Shown here piece by piece: positions 12,501 through 24,585 of a stretch of DNA of 64,000 bases; positions within the stretch are counted from its first letter, which is position 1; every line of letters begins with the position of its first letter. This stretch comes from Lingula anatina (taxonomy: Eukaryota > Animalia > Brachiopoda), in NCBI GenBank assembly GCA_051362555.1, contig CM120640.1:64644788-64708787 (forward strand), written 5' to 3'. Below the pieces are notes generated by a model. The model did no database searches. It was not told where the DNA came from and saw nothing but the letters and a program-made list of their open reading frames with translations. The translations under genes were made by a program, and so were the position numbers.

Positions 12501-15500
12501 TAGCTGGCAATAAATTGCTCAGACAGAAATGGGTTGCCTGACACAAAACTTATTCATGTGGGGGAAAAAAATGAGTCATACTTTGTAGACTGCACTGTGC
12601 ACAGCCCATGAAAGGCATGTTGTTGATCGTGAAAAATGAAAAGATATGAAAAAACATCCACCTGATATGGAGCTGTGGAGTTGAGTCTGTTTTTCCTATG
12701 GGAAGTTGCTCCACCAAACGTAGTCCTCCCTGGGTAGTGAGGGGAGCTCTGACCTCCAAATAGTGATGTATTCTAATGAAAAAAAAAAGTTGAAATTCCT
12801 TATAATCACATTAAAACATTATGTCCAGACAAAAGAGCAATATGAAATCTTTAATCTTTAAAATTCTCTTTAGTATTACATTTCACACTTATTTGGCCTT
12901 ATTACCTTCTTTCCCCTCCTCCCTACCCCCCCTTCCCTCTCTCTCTCTCTCTCTCTCTCTCTTTTCTCTCTCTCTCTAAACTGCCCACACCCACAAACCA
13001 TATACTTACAGTTGCTGGGGAGCCAAAGATTGACGCATTGAAGGAAGGTCTGTGTGTTCTCACTGATGGCTGTGGCTTAGACACCTCACTGGTGGACCAC
13101 AGATGACTGCCAGATAGCGACTGGGACATATCTGTCATTGAGAAACATAACAACTTTTATTAAATATTTCTAAGTGACCCAAGCAATCATTCTGAAGAAA
13201 AAAATGATAACTTGCAAAGATAACAAATACTTTTTATATTTTTAATGTACACACTCCATATATTTTTAATATAGCTCACACTTATGAGTCCAACCTTATA
13301 ACATTATCAACTTTTTGAGAAATTGACATGGCCCCGAAACAGATGAGAGTAAAATTGCTTTCCTTGGGCCAGTAGACTAAAAAGGTTTTGGAAACTGCCT
13401 TAAGAATTCAGTGTATCTACTATGTGGATATCTGGGCTTTCATTATTTACCAATCAGTGAATAAATGAATTTTTCTGAAGTAGTCAATGATATGGTTCAA
13501 GTTATTAACTGGCTAGCTTCTAAGAGAAAAATCTTACAACAATGAGCCAAGGCTTTCTGTGTATAAAAATATTACCAAGTGATTTCTCCACTGCGGTAGA
13601 ACTCATCTCTTCCCTGACAGCCACACTGCCACCCAGGTCCTCCCTCAGTTGTTGTAGCTGTGCCTCCTGGAGCTGTAGCATCTCACTCTTAAAATCAGGC
13701 TTGTCTGCCTCTGGGATCAGGGAACTCACTGGCAGAGACATAAACACAGGACTTAATGACACTTTCGATAGAGAGCTTATTTCTATATATTTCAAACATT
13801 TTTTCCTGCAAAAATGACTTTTACCAACACCTGTGATAACAGGTGATTCAGACATGTCAGTTACAGAAAAGTCAGCTGTTCTTTTCTGGACTGCTTGCAC
13901 TTGACTTTATGTAGCCATTTTTTTTCTTAAGGTGCATCATGATTCTGGACTGGCATTCAACATAAGGTTGCATAGAGTTGCATAGAAAAATTCAGTAACA
14001 TCCTCCTCATACCAATGGCCCTAGCACTCACCATGAGATAGCCCTCTCCTGTGATCCTCCCCTTGCCCCTTGTATACTGGGAAAGGAATGTGTCCCCCAG
14101 AGGTCCCTGGGGTGCTGGTGTGAAGGTCAGGTTTAAATGAAGAGAATGGGGTCCTTCCAAGTGAGGAACCTCCATAGAGTGGCCTTTCAGTTAATACACT
14201 ACTACTCTGGTAAGAAGGCTGGCTTGGGTGAGCTTTTGATTGCATGTGAGGTGGCATCTGAGGTTTTGCCCTGGGTGGGAGGTAGGATTCCTGGAAATAA
14301 AAATCATATTTTTGTTATCATATTTTTTGCTGGGTCTTATTATCAGAGTACACAGATATTTTTGTATCAACATCAATACTATTCTATAAATAACAGGGTA
14401 GCAGTCCTCTATATTTGGCATAGTTTCATGACACATTTCACTATTCATATGTATAGATATTCTTGGCACCTCAGACAATGTTGCCTGCCAGTGCAATCAC
14501 TGACCAGTAAGTCTACATTACTTTGGAATTCTTTCCTCTAGTTTCTAATTAGGGATGCTCATATCATGATCATCACATTATTTCACCTAGGTGACTCACA
14601 CATCTTCATAAAGAAATGAGAAATATTCAAGTGAATATTTCAGCTAGAGTGCTTATACACATATATGGGATTTCAGACACTAACCTCCAGGTCTTCCCCA
14701 TTGTCATTGTGTTCTTCTACTGTGTCAAGTTGAGGTGAGGTCTTCTTTTTAACACTGGATACAATATCAACTAGCCAGGATGGTGAAAGGATATCTTTTA
14801 CTGTATCTGTTACTCTGCTCAGCAGAGACTGAAAGAGAAAAGTGAAAACTCATCCAGTAAATATGCTGCTAATTCTGCCAATTTGCTACTCATTTTTAAC
14901 ACTGCCCTCTCTTTTTTTTCAGCTAAGCATTGAGAGATATACTTGCACCCATTTTAAGCATGCTTTTGTAAAACAAATGTACTAAAAAAAAAAAAAAAGG
15001 GATTTGGTCTAAAAAGCAGATTAAAACTCTGACCCAATTTAGTTTGTGACCTGATAAGTTCCTAAAAGTTATGTGACAATGCTTTGGTAACAGAAATACC
15101 CGATAATTGCTCTTACATAAAAAACAAATAATTTACAACTAATAATATTAAATTTTGGGTTATTTAATATATGCAATACATACAATACATACATAAATAC
15201 AATGTATAAAAAACTCTTGAACAAAGAATTGGAAACAAGTCTGTCACTATCATAGTGCTAGAATATTATTTTGCTTCTATCTAAATAAGTTATTTTACCC
15301 TGTCCTGCGAGTAAATTTTTGTTTTGGAGGCAATATTTTTGACACAGAAAATCAAGGTTATATGACTTTGTCATCATTCTTTAAAAGACTATTTCAAGAA
15401 ACCTACAAAATATGTAGTCAATGCTACAAATCTTTAAAACCAATGAAAGTAATGGTGTGCCCTTTTTAATTACATGTCCCACCACATGTAAAAGAAACGC

Positions 15501-15914
15501 GAGATCTTTTTTGAAACACATTTAAGTCCATATTTAGAAAGCACCCTTTATCAATTTTAGATCTCAACGAATTCAATTGAAGAATCGAGGTTACTTTGGA
15601 AAAGTCAATCACACGTCCAAAATAATGTCAAAATGAAACAGGGACATAAACATCTTGTTCTCAAACATGGCAAACAGGCAATACAACACAAAGCAAAATG
15701 ATATGGGGTGCTTTTATTAGTGTATTCTCTTAACAAGCGTCCTTTCTGAACACCACAGTGTGTGTGGCAGTCACTCGGGCCAGTGGCAGTTTTCGTTTGA
15801 GAATAAAGCACAAGTGAACATCTAAATCAAAATTACCTGTCGTCTGTTGTATGGCTTATCAGTCGACGGTTTTCTTCGCGTTTGCCTAACCTTTCCGCCA
15901 CCTGCGTTTGACAT
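3565..15914 (-). CDS. NUP153: Nuclear pore basket protein Nup153, 24 coding exons
   Basis: Exons built by hand with GT-AG sites and consistent phase: 15914-15837, 14828-14685, 14290-14032, 13728-13576, 13131-13010, 12772-12662, 12381-12259, 11992-11933, 11757-11692, 11483-11350, 11109-11007, 10536-10309, 9926-9590, 9247-9080, 8701-8555, 8259-7859, 7495-7345, 6868-6200, 5924-5721, 5465-5385, 5236-4730, 4443-4340, 4114-3945, 3664-3565. Nup153 hallmarks: MSNAGGGKVRQ..KPY, SLLSRVTDTVKDILSPSWL, SPHYPGRTTFGGA, VTSSTAKKILETLERMSTPLNDAKKIP, GKMKRER, FKFSSPI, LKSGSVMDIL, four RanBP2-type zinc fingers (WxCxxC-x3-N-x6-CxxC), FxFG repeats and C-terminal GRTIKRAARRLKKS*. AATAAA on the minus strand at 3479-3474. 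Confidence 0.97.
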
Positions 15915-15960
15915 TGTAAAATTGATGATGCAACTTGAAAATAAAATAAAACTCGATCTA

Positions 15961-16815
15961 TTTAAGAAATTCCCTCTCACGTTGTTACAATAAAGATGGC
16001 GGCATAATTAAAGATATGTGATTGGCTGTAACAAACCATGTGGTTCACAAGAGAAGCCCAAACCGGAGAAAGGGCCTAACTCCGATAACTGATTTCGCAC
16101 TCAACATGTGCTTTTTCCTTCCATCCTCACTGTCAAATTAACTTTAAATTCATTTATCTATTTGAAAACTGAATCCTTATTTATGTCCCAGACCATTGAT
16201 TAAAATGTCTATTGTGTCGGTGGTCTTATTATTATTAATAATTTTTTTTTTTGATTTATGGGCCTACTGGCACTGCTCTAGGCCTACAGAGTAAGGAAAA
16301 CCCCTAAAAGGACGCCGGAAAAGACCGTAAAGAGCGATACTTGTACATTTTACTCCATAATAGCATGTGCCATATACTAAACCCCTTTAAGTGGTTTAAG
16401 AGACGTTCAGTATCATTTTAATTAGTTCGGTTGTAATGCAATCTTTGTGAACGCGAGCAACGCTGTGGTAGGGCCTAAGTATAGGCCTATCACATGTGCA
16501 CACCCCCCCTCCCCCCCCCCCCCCCCTCGCTAAATCCACTGATCGCAGTTCCTGGGATAGCATTCCGAAGTGTGCAATCAGGCGTTGGCTTACATTTCCC
16601 AAATTTACTGAATTTATACTACATTTCCTTAAGCGGGTTTAGTTAAAACTGTCTGTTAAGAACGAATATAATCACGTGATCAAAAATCCCCTTATCATAG
16701 AACCTTAGCCTACCTGTCTAAAAAAATTCCCCTTTCAGTTTACCTGTATAAAACGTGGCGGGCGTCTTGTAGGTGAGCTGTTTAGCAAGGAAGTAAACCT
16801 ACAAGTTGATTAAAG
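15961..16815. promoter_or_regulatory. Probable divergent promoter region of Nup153 (-) and the cGLR gene (+)
   Basis: YY1-type motif AAGATGGCGGC at 15993-16003, CCAAT box (ATTGG) at 16021-16025, palindromic E-box ATCACGTGAT at 16671-16680, and a strong + strand donor AAG/GTAAGT near 16815 that could splice to the acceptor at 17543 just before the cGLR ATG. Confidence 0.5.
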
Positions 16816-17544
16816 GTAAGTTATCGCCCCATCCCCCCACCCTCAAACATTTGAGATGTAGGCCTATGTATTAATGGCTCAAACACCCCCTTGGCCCTAT
16901 TACAGTTCAGAAAATCCTTGGATTTTATATAATTTATGCCTATGATGTATTTGAATAAGTTCAAATGTTACTGTCTTTTTGGTGGTGTGTAAGACCATGC
17001 TGGGCTAGTAGGAATGAAAACGGGGGGAGGATGAATGTTGGGATACAGCTAGGAAGCAATGTCAAAATTTGACAGGAATAGTAGTGCGCTAGGAACCAAA
17101 GTCCATTTCCTTATACTCTATGCAGGTACCATTCTACTCACCAATAATCTAATCATATCACATGGGACCCCAGGCTCCCATTTCTAGGTCTACTAGTCAC
17201 CGACTAAGGTAGTCGAGGCATTTGCCTTGCTTGTTTGGAACCAAAAAGGCTGACACCCAGGGTACATGTAGTAAAATGGTCTCCCAAAACAAAGGGTGGA
17301 TCTTTTGTCATTTTTCAACCTCGATCTGCCTAAAGGCCTGACTACTTAAGTAGACTGCACGTACTTTCGACTTGACCTCAACAATTTAAAATAGATAAAA
17401 AATTCAAGACATTCATGGCCCATACAGAGCCTAAATAGTATCTAAAATTGGTGATGTTTTGTTTTTCAAGTTAAGTACTTAATTTTTGTTGATGTTTTGT
17501 ACCAGGTTTATATTTTCAATGGCACTTATTTTAACGGTTTCAGA

Positions 17545-20500
17545 ATGGGTGAGGAATTCAATCGGCTGTGCTTAAGTCTTGTGGACAACCCTCTTCAGGA
17601 GGCTGCTGAGTGGGAGGAGTATTACCAAATGGTGGTGGAAGCTTTCTCCACTATTGGGAAGCTTCATGAAGATTTCGGCGGGAAGACTGAAATTTCAGTA
17701 GCAGGTTTATATGCAGTATTTTATGTCGTGTTAATCACTTATTTATTCAACTATTCCTAGATAAGAGTAAGAGAAAGAATGTACTGTATTTTCTCCTTCT
17801 TTGAAATCTTCGCCTTTGTGTCGGTTTCATTTTTATTTACAATAAATTTTCTCAAAATAAACAAAAATATTAGTATGCCGATTGCTACTAATACATGAAG
17901 CAATGGAAGAAAAAACTGAAAATCATCTTTCATTTTACTTTTATCTCTCTTTCTTGTTTATCCATGTGATTTAATGTAGCCATTCTTTAAAGATAACGCG
18001 TGCTTGATGTATGTTATCAATTGATTATCATTGATTCAATCCTGTATTATACTCTAGTATCAAACCATTTATTTCAAACAGTGCTATGATTGTGACAGCT
18101 ATGAAAGATACTAGTAGAAACATGTCCTATCTAAAGGTAGCTTAAACATCCAAAATAAGAGGAATGATAACATACCGTAACGGGGTCATGTCGATACTCC
18201 CCAGCACCGTTACTCCCCCGCACTGTTACTCCCCCGCACCGATAGTCCCCAACACCAATAATCTCCCTTAGTAAATTTTTGTGTATTATGCGCATCGATA
18301 CGACCCCACACCGATAGATCCCCGCATCGATACATCCCCTGTAAAATTGCGGATGGAGGCGCACCGTTACTCCCCCACACTGATACTCCCCCACATCATT
18401 GCTTCCCCGCATCGATACTGCGGGGGAGTATCGGTGCGGGGACGTATAGGGATGTAACCAACTGTAACTATACGCACTTCATTATTCGTACGTAGCTGAA
18501 TTTTTTCTAAAAAATTCCATGCAAATTATTTTATTTTAGGCAGCAGTGTTCAAGGTGGCAAATTCTACCAAGCAGACGATCTTGGAGACGTTGATATCGT
18601 GGTGGCCTCCCTGGAAAATATCCCCGACGCTGAGCAAATGGAGGATGTCCCCGGCCATCCAGGATCCGTGAGAATTCGGCTCGACTGCGGCCCTCGCGGG
18701 GAGCAGCACTATGTAGACAGCAGGTGCGTTAAGGCAAAAACTCCCCAGAGGCTGTCTCAGATTGTCCAGGGCCTCTTAGTCTTTTTTGGTCAGATCGTAA
18801 AAGACCTCGAAGAGTTTAAGTTAGATCTGGTGTTTAAATACGGCACAGCGGCTCATACCCTAGAATTATCATCGGCCCTCTCGTCTCCAAGCAAGCAGCT
18901 GGAAAAAGTGGGTATTGCGATGACACCGTTGGCCAAGTCGGTGTCCGAGAACCTGACCATAGCCGGTTTAGTTGGATCAGGGAGAACATACGGTCCACGC
19001 GAAAAGAAATGGTTCAACGAACTCCACCGAGCTACAGCAGCCGAAGTAAAAAAACTTGAAGGGCGGCCCTTGAAATTTTCTGAATATATCAAATCAATTA
19101 AAAAGGCATTTGATATAGGGATCCAAATGGTGAGGCAGTTTGAGACCGAGACAAGACCTGTAGATAGAGAAGAAGAGGGTGGCAAGCAACCATCACTGAC
19201 CTGCCGTCATAACTGTCCACATGAAAATCCTCCAGTGCCACTAGAAAATTCAACTTTTGCCACTGGTCCCAACCAAATTTCTGAAAACGACACATTATCA
19301 TGCATAGGTATGTCATCGGCAGAGAGCACCAAGAAGGCAAAAGAAGCAGAAAATTATAGTGAAAAAGATAATCTTTTTGCAACCTCCACTGATGTCTCTC
19401 CTGAAATGGGTGCTTCATCGGGCATTTCCGAGGAACCACTGCAAGCTCAGCGGAGCATAGGCAGTGACGAAGAAATTCTTTATGATCGGAAGTCAGGTAA
19501 CATCCCCATCACGAAAAAGAGAGCCGAAGAGTATTTCGGCCCCAGGCTGATGCATTTTATGCTTGGTTTGAATAAGGAGCAAAGTTCAACGATGGGTGGT
19601 CTTATTGGTCTATTTAAGCAAGAGGATCTGCCAAAGTCGGACGTTTTCCGTATCCCTTTAGACGGTTCAGGGCCGCCGCTCACAAACCAGGAAGAGGCAC
19701 ATGTCGCTCCCGTCCGTGACTATCCTCGCAAACTGCATGTTGATATAGTCCCTGCCTTGAAGTGTACTGGATGGCCTAAAGTGGCAAGCTTGTGGCCTAA
19801 AAGATCGAGGAAATGGCCACCGCAACATGTTGTATCTGATATCTTGGAGAAGGGTTTTTATGTAGTTGCTAAACACCCAGATGTTGCAGAAATCGAGGAC
19901 CCCGACAGCATATTCAGACTGGGTTTTCCTATTACAGAAAACCTTCTCAGCGATGCTATCGTGTCCTGAAGGCCCTCCACCAGAAGCTGTTTAAACCCAA
20001 TACGGAGAACTTCTCGTCTTACCACATCAAGACCACGTTGTTTTGGGTTTCTGAAGACACGGACGGGGGTTCCTGGTCTGATGGCGACATCGGCAACTGG
20101 ATCTTGCTGATACTGAAAAAGCTTCGTTTTGCTGTGGGAGAACGCCAGCTCGCGCACTACTTTATTCCAAGCCTCAACCTTTTCCAGAAACTAACAGAAA
20201 GCGAGTTCGCTTTTTTGGAAACCCAACTCGATTCTATTATAAACGACCCCACTGGTGTCCTCAAGTCGCTTATACACGATATCCAAGAAACAGCAATATC
20301 TGTGGCCAGCAGAAGCTTGCCAGAGGAAACGGTCCAACCCCCAGTCAACTTAAACCTGACTCCTGGGCAAACTTTTCACGACAGATGGACGGAGGAATAT
20401 GACAAGGTCAGTCAGGAGGCCATAGAGGCTGCATCAAGTACAAGTGAAATTGACGAAACCGACCCAGATTTCCATTTTGTGGCGAATGAATATAGAAAAC

Positions 20501-20934
20501 TAGTCATGGAGCATAATCTGAGCAAAGAAATGTTACGAAAGGTGATTGGGCAATCGAAAGGCATGTCTTATCTGAAATATATTTACAATGTCGCTGCCAT
20601 GAAAGCTACAGACATGAGAGCAGTCGTCTTGAAGGATCTTCGTGTTTTAGTGCGATTTCACAAATATCTTGTGGAGCAACCCGACTTTGGCCCAGGCAAC
20701 GAAGAAGCCTTGCTTATACGTGCCATGGAAGAGATAGGGCACAATGATCCAAACAGGTTTGATATGGCTGAACTGTTTCCCAAAGTGGACGTTAGTAATA
20801 TCATTCAGTTTTACAACTCTATGAGTGTGCCATTGCCTGGCCAGTCGTCCTCGGGAGAAGACGTTAGTGGGAGGGAAAGCTTAAGAGCGGGTGGGGAAAG
20901 TCGGCGCTTTGTTGATGACATAGATTTGGATTGA
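17545..20934 (+). pseudogene. cGAS-like receptor (cGLR)/Mab-21 family nucleotidyltransferase, interrupted by a -1 frameshift near 19945
   Basis: Exon 17545-17704 spliced to 18540 gives the NTase signature VAGSSVQGGKFYQADDLGDVDIV (hGS-x-DhD). The third Asp is in HVDIVPALKCTGWP, followed by WPKRSRKWPP, GFYVVAK and FRLGFPITENLL. The -1 frame continues QRCYRVLKAL..FSSYHIKTTLFWVSE..LAHYFIPSLNLF, the typical Mab-21 C-terminal motifs. The 0 frame stops at 19969. The family call is strong; pseudogene versus assembly error versus recoding is unresolved. Confidence 0.85.
18182..18459. mobile_element. MITE (MULE/Mutator-like) in the cGLR intron with 16-bp internal repeats
   Basis: Imperfect TIRs of about 40 bp (GGTCATGTCGATACTCCCCAGCACCGTTACTCCCCCGCA versus the reverse complement of the right end, GGTTACATCCCTATACGTCCCCGCACCGATACTCCCCCGCA); tandem CGATACTCCCCCGCAC-like units; flanks TACCGTAAC (18173-18181) and AACTGTAAC (18460-18468) match 7/9, consistent with an old 9-bp TSD. 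Confidence 0.7.
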
Positions 20935-22460
20935 ACCTAGACTGAACTTATTAAATAAAAGTTTAATGCCCAGTATCCAAGTGAGCGCAAGTGAGTTCCA
21001 AACTCTAACAGCGTTTACGGTAAAATTGCTTGCTTGCAGAAATGCTTCGCGCAGATTTCCTAATAATAGTAAGTACATCGAGAGACGCAACTAATGCAAT
21101 CTCAAAAACTCAACAAAAGGCAGTAGAATAAGTTCCCTGAATGCCCTGTATCGATAAAATTGGGTATTTTGTTTAATCTTTGTATTAAGAAAAGTTGTCA
21201 AATAAGTCGCAATGAAATCATTGGAGCAAGATCAAAGCTATGATAAGCGTGTTAGCACTTGAGTATATACTTTCCCAAAAGATAGCGCTTTATGATTTTT
21301 AATTAGCTGCCTAAAGGATAACATCTATTGATGAGCAAACATCAATTTTTTGCTAATTGATTAGGATACTGTCCATCTATTTTCAGTTCCAGTCGTATTC
21401 ATTGTCAAAATGAAAAATGATTGGTCCCATTGGTCACAATCAGAGTAATTGATTGGATATTCACATTTGCCTTATGTATAATCTATCTTCTTTTTGCGTG
21501 ATTTGTAAAATGATTTAGTAGAATAACGGAGTTATCATCAGAATAAAAATTTATACCATTGGCAGATACTATATATCAGTGCATGCTTGTGCTTGGCCCA
21601 GTGCCAGCAGTGCGTGTCTTACTCCCTTTTTACTACGGGAATGGGGACAGAACGCCCTTTTTTTGCTTTGGAAAAGGAAAGGGGCGCCCCTGGATCCGCT
21701 TAAATGCAAATAAGGATGAAAACAGAAATGCATGGATACGTTATTAGACTTGTCCAAAGTGAAATAATGAGCACTGCCTTTCCCTTTGCTTTTTCTGTTA
21801 TAGACGTGTGTACATTAGCTGGTATATTACGATAAGTCAACTTTGCAGGGCTTTATTTTTCGGCCCTTTCATATTACAATGCGTACAGTAAATAAAACAT
21901 CAATGCTGCCTTTCTGAACAATCGCGTGAATAGAAAAGTGAAATATGAAATTGTGATGTGTGTTTTCCTAACGCCTCGTACTTGGTAACGTGCTGAATAA
22001 AGATCTTAGAAGAGAACGGGTTTATAGTAGACGCTTGACTGGCAGTATCTAAATGTCGTTATTGGAATTACAGGTGCTTTTTCATACAGCGCATTAACTC
22101 CTTTACGTGTTCAGTGTTGATGTTTTCAATAGACAAATAGTTAAATCACAACTTCGGGGGTAATAGTATATTGGTTAAAGTCGCACCGGCAGTCACTGTT
22201 GCCACGTATAAAACAACATACAGGTTCGTAGTCGCCAGAGGGACATGTTAAGAAGACGGACAGACACAAAATCTCGTCAATCTCTAAAACATCAATAATC
22301 ATGATTTGGTTATACAACAAGTGGAAGTAACTTGATCCTTGTGAGACGTTCAAATGACACAGTTATACGGGATTTAACAATGTGACCTCAAAGGTTGTAG
22401 ACACTGGAATTTTTGCCCGAACCTAAGGTAAAGTTCTTCGCCAGTCTTTTTAATCAAAAT

Positions 22461-23771
22461 ATGGCAACGACGATGGAAATAAAAGGCCGCCCCAAAATCA
22501 AAGCTACCGATGGCGTGCCCTTTCGACATATGACTGCTGCGCAACGAATGGAGGTAGCGGCCCAGCGCATCGAATTCCTAATGCACAGAATAGACGAACT
22601 GACGACACAGATAAAGAAATTACAAACTGATGTGAAGCTGAAGGACGATACTATACACTTTCTACAGAAAGATAAGGAAAGAATCATGTATGACGCGGAG
22701 AAAATGCGTCATTCGGGCTCTCTTCCATCAGAGGACTCGTCTAGCATTCGTCTGCAGTTAAAAATCAAGGAGGATGCGGTACATAAATTGCAACAGGATA
22801 TTGTAAGATACAAAGAGGAAATGAAGAGGTTGAAAGACGTCAACAAGCGTCAGAAATCGCTCGTTAATGCAATGGCAGGTAATGAGAAAGACTCTTCTTC
22901 CCATCGCAACCGAGGTCACGAACAGTCTGACTCAGACATGGAGTGTATATTAAAAGTTATAGAACACCTGAAACGGGTGCTTGGAGACCACCGAGGGGAT
23001 CAAATAAAGCGGATTCAAACGTATATCTCAGAATTAGAGCATGACTCTTCACGTGAGCCAGATCTTTGTCGTGGGTTTGTTTACGCTTTAGGCAATACTC
23101 TTGCGGAGTTGTCAACTTTTAGCGGAAACCAAGACTCTGTCCCCGTCACTCCGGCCCAGCTCCGCTCTAATCCTCGGGTACCCTTTAACTACACGGGGGT
23201 TGTTTTCAAACGCCCCACTCACAAAAGTAAAACTGAAAGTGTGCCAAACGGCAGATCTTCATCAAATGAAAAGTATAATTCAGAAATTTTACTTTTGGCC
23301 AACAGAAGGCCCTCAGCCGTGGCGTTTGCTTATAAGCACAATAATAAAAACAAGGCAGAAAAACAAAATTCAGCGGAAAACAAGAGTGATTCCCGACCCA
23401 CTACGAGAGAAAACGTTCACTTAGACAATTCTAAACGAAGGGCCCCGAGCCGAACGTCGTCTGCAGCGATGAATTCAAGACCCGTTACTAGGGAGCGCCC
23501 AAAAACGCGTGAACGCCCAAAAGTTTCGAGGCAGGTCACAATTTTCCCACCAACAAGAGAGCGTCTTTATTCATCTAGACAGCGCCCAACTACCAGAGAA
23601 AAGTCAGCCTCGTTGCCAACTGGGGAACAATTTCGTTCAAGTGGGGAAAGCAGACCGCAGACGCGGGGAAGTGATCAGTCACAACACATCCATTTTGTTG
23701 GGATAAACAAGGGTACCGTCTTACCTGGACTGATTCCAGTGTTTACAGTGTGTACAGAGGAAGCAAAGTGA
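22461..23771 (+). CDS. Uncharacterised intronless protein, 436 aa: N-terminal coiled coil, basic disordered C-terminus with RPxT(R)E repeats
   Basis: 1.3-kb ORF in AT-rich DNA; first in-frame ATG at 22461 in good context (AATATGG); heptad-like charged segment (IDELTTQIKKLQTDVKLKDDTIHFLQKDKE; VHKLQQDIVRYKEEMKRLKD). No family recognised. Confidence 0.8.
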   Translation: MATTMEIKGRPKIKATDGVPFRHMTAAQRMEVAAQRIEFLMHRIDELTTQIKKLQTDVKLKDDTIHFLQKDKERIMYDAEKMRHSGSLPSEDSSSIRLQLKIKEDAVHKLQQDIVRYKEEMKRLKDVNKRQKSLVNAMAGNEKDSSSHRNRGHEQSDSDMECILKVIEHLKRVLGDHRGDQIKRIQTYISELEHDSSREPDLCRGFVYALGNTLAELSTFSGNQDSVPVTPAQLRSNPRVPFNYTGVVFKRPTHKSKTESVPNGRSSSNEKYNSEILLLANRRPSAVAFAYKHNNKNKAEKQNSAENKSDSRPTTRENVHLDNSKRRAPSRTSSAAMNSRPVTRERPKTRERPKVSRQVTIFPPTRERLYSSRQRPTTREKSASLPTGEQFRSSGESRPQTRGSDQSQHIHFVGINKGTVLPGLIPVFTVCTEEAK

Positions 23772-24365
23772 CCTATTTTTAGGTACATTGAATTTATAGA
23801 TCTCATTGTTCTAAGATTGAGATAGTATTAGGTTCTCTACGTAAAAATGTGCATTATGTAAGAAAGTTTTAATGCCCCGCCTCCAGTACGGACAACACGT
23901 TCCTGTTGGCACAGATTGACACACTTTTCCTCTCATCTTTGAGGGGTAGCAGATCAGTCATTTTTAAACTGCGTTTAAAGAGTAGAGGGAGGGGCGCCTA
24001 GGTATTAAATAAGGTGAGGCATCCGAATGTTAGGAAAATTCATGGATTTAATTATATGCAGAAGTCTCATAAATACGTTGAGTTGGAAAAGCTTATTGGT
24101 TCTATCGCTATCCATATGTTATGAAATCTCATAAGGACCCATATAAAAGAGTTTTCCGGCTGACACATGGGATTTTTCATAGTGCTCTATTACGATCGTC
24201 CTTCAAATATCAAAGAATAGGTGATTTTGAAGTCTTATCTAATCAAGGTATAGGGTTGTATTCATCTCGACCTTTTCGGCCTTCCTAACACTACCAAGGA
24301 TAGCCTTCACGTTGACATTTATCCCTTTAAGATCATCACGTCTACCCATCCATCTTTCCATTCAG

Positions 24366-24456
24366 CCTTCCAGTATCCTTCCATATATCCATCACATCCT
24401 TCCAGTATCCTTCCATATATCCATCACATCCTTCCAGTATCCTTCCATATATCCAT
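24366..24456. repeat. 32-bp minisatellite, about 3 copies
   Basis: CCTTCCAGTATCCTTCCATATATCCATCACAT at 24366, 24398 and 24430 (last copy partial); a (TA)n run follows at about 24540-24584. Confidence 0.95.
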
Positions 24457-24536
24457 TTTTATAAAGAAATATTAAGTCCTTAAAACTTCACTGAGTCTCA
24501 ACTCGTACAATGTGTAAGGAATAAGAGAAAGAGATT

Positions 24537-24585
<49 letters not shown>

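Noticed and set aside
14471-14576. Possible intronic C/D box snoRNA in Nup153 intron 2 (GTGATGA ... CTGA on the minus strand)
   Set aside because: No terminal stem and no recognisable rRNA/snRNA guide; such short boxes arise by chance. An Infernal/snoscan run would settle it.
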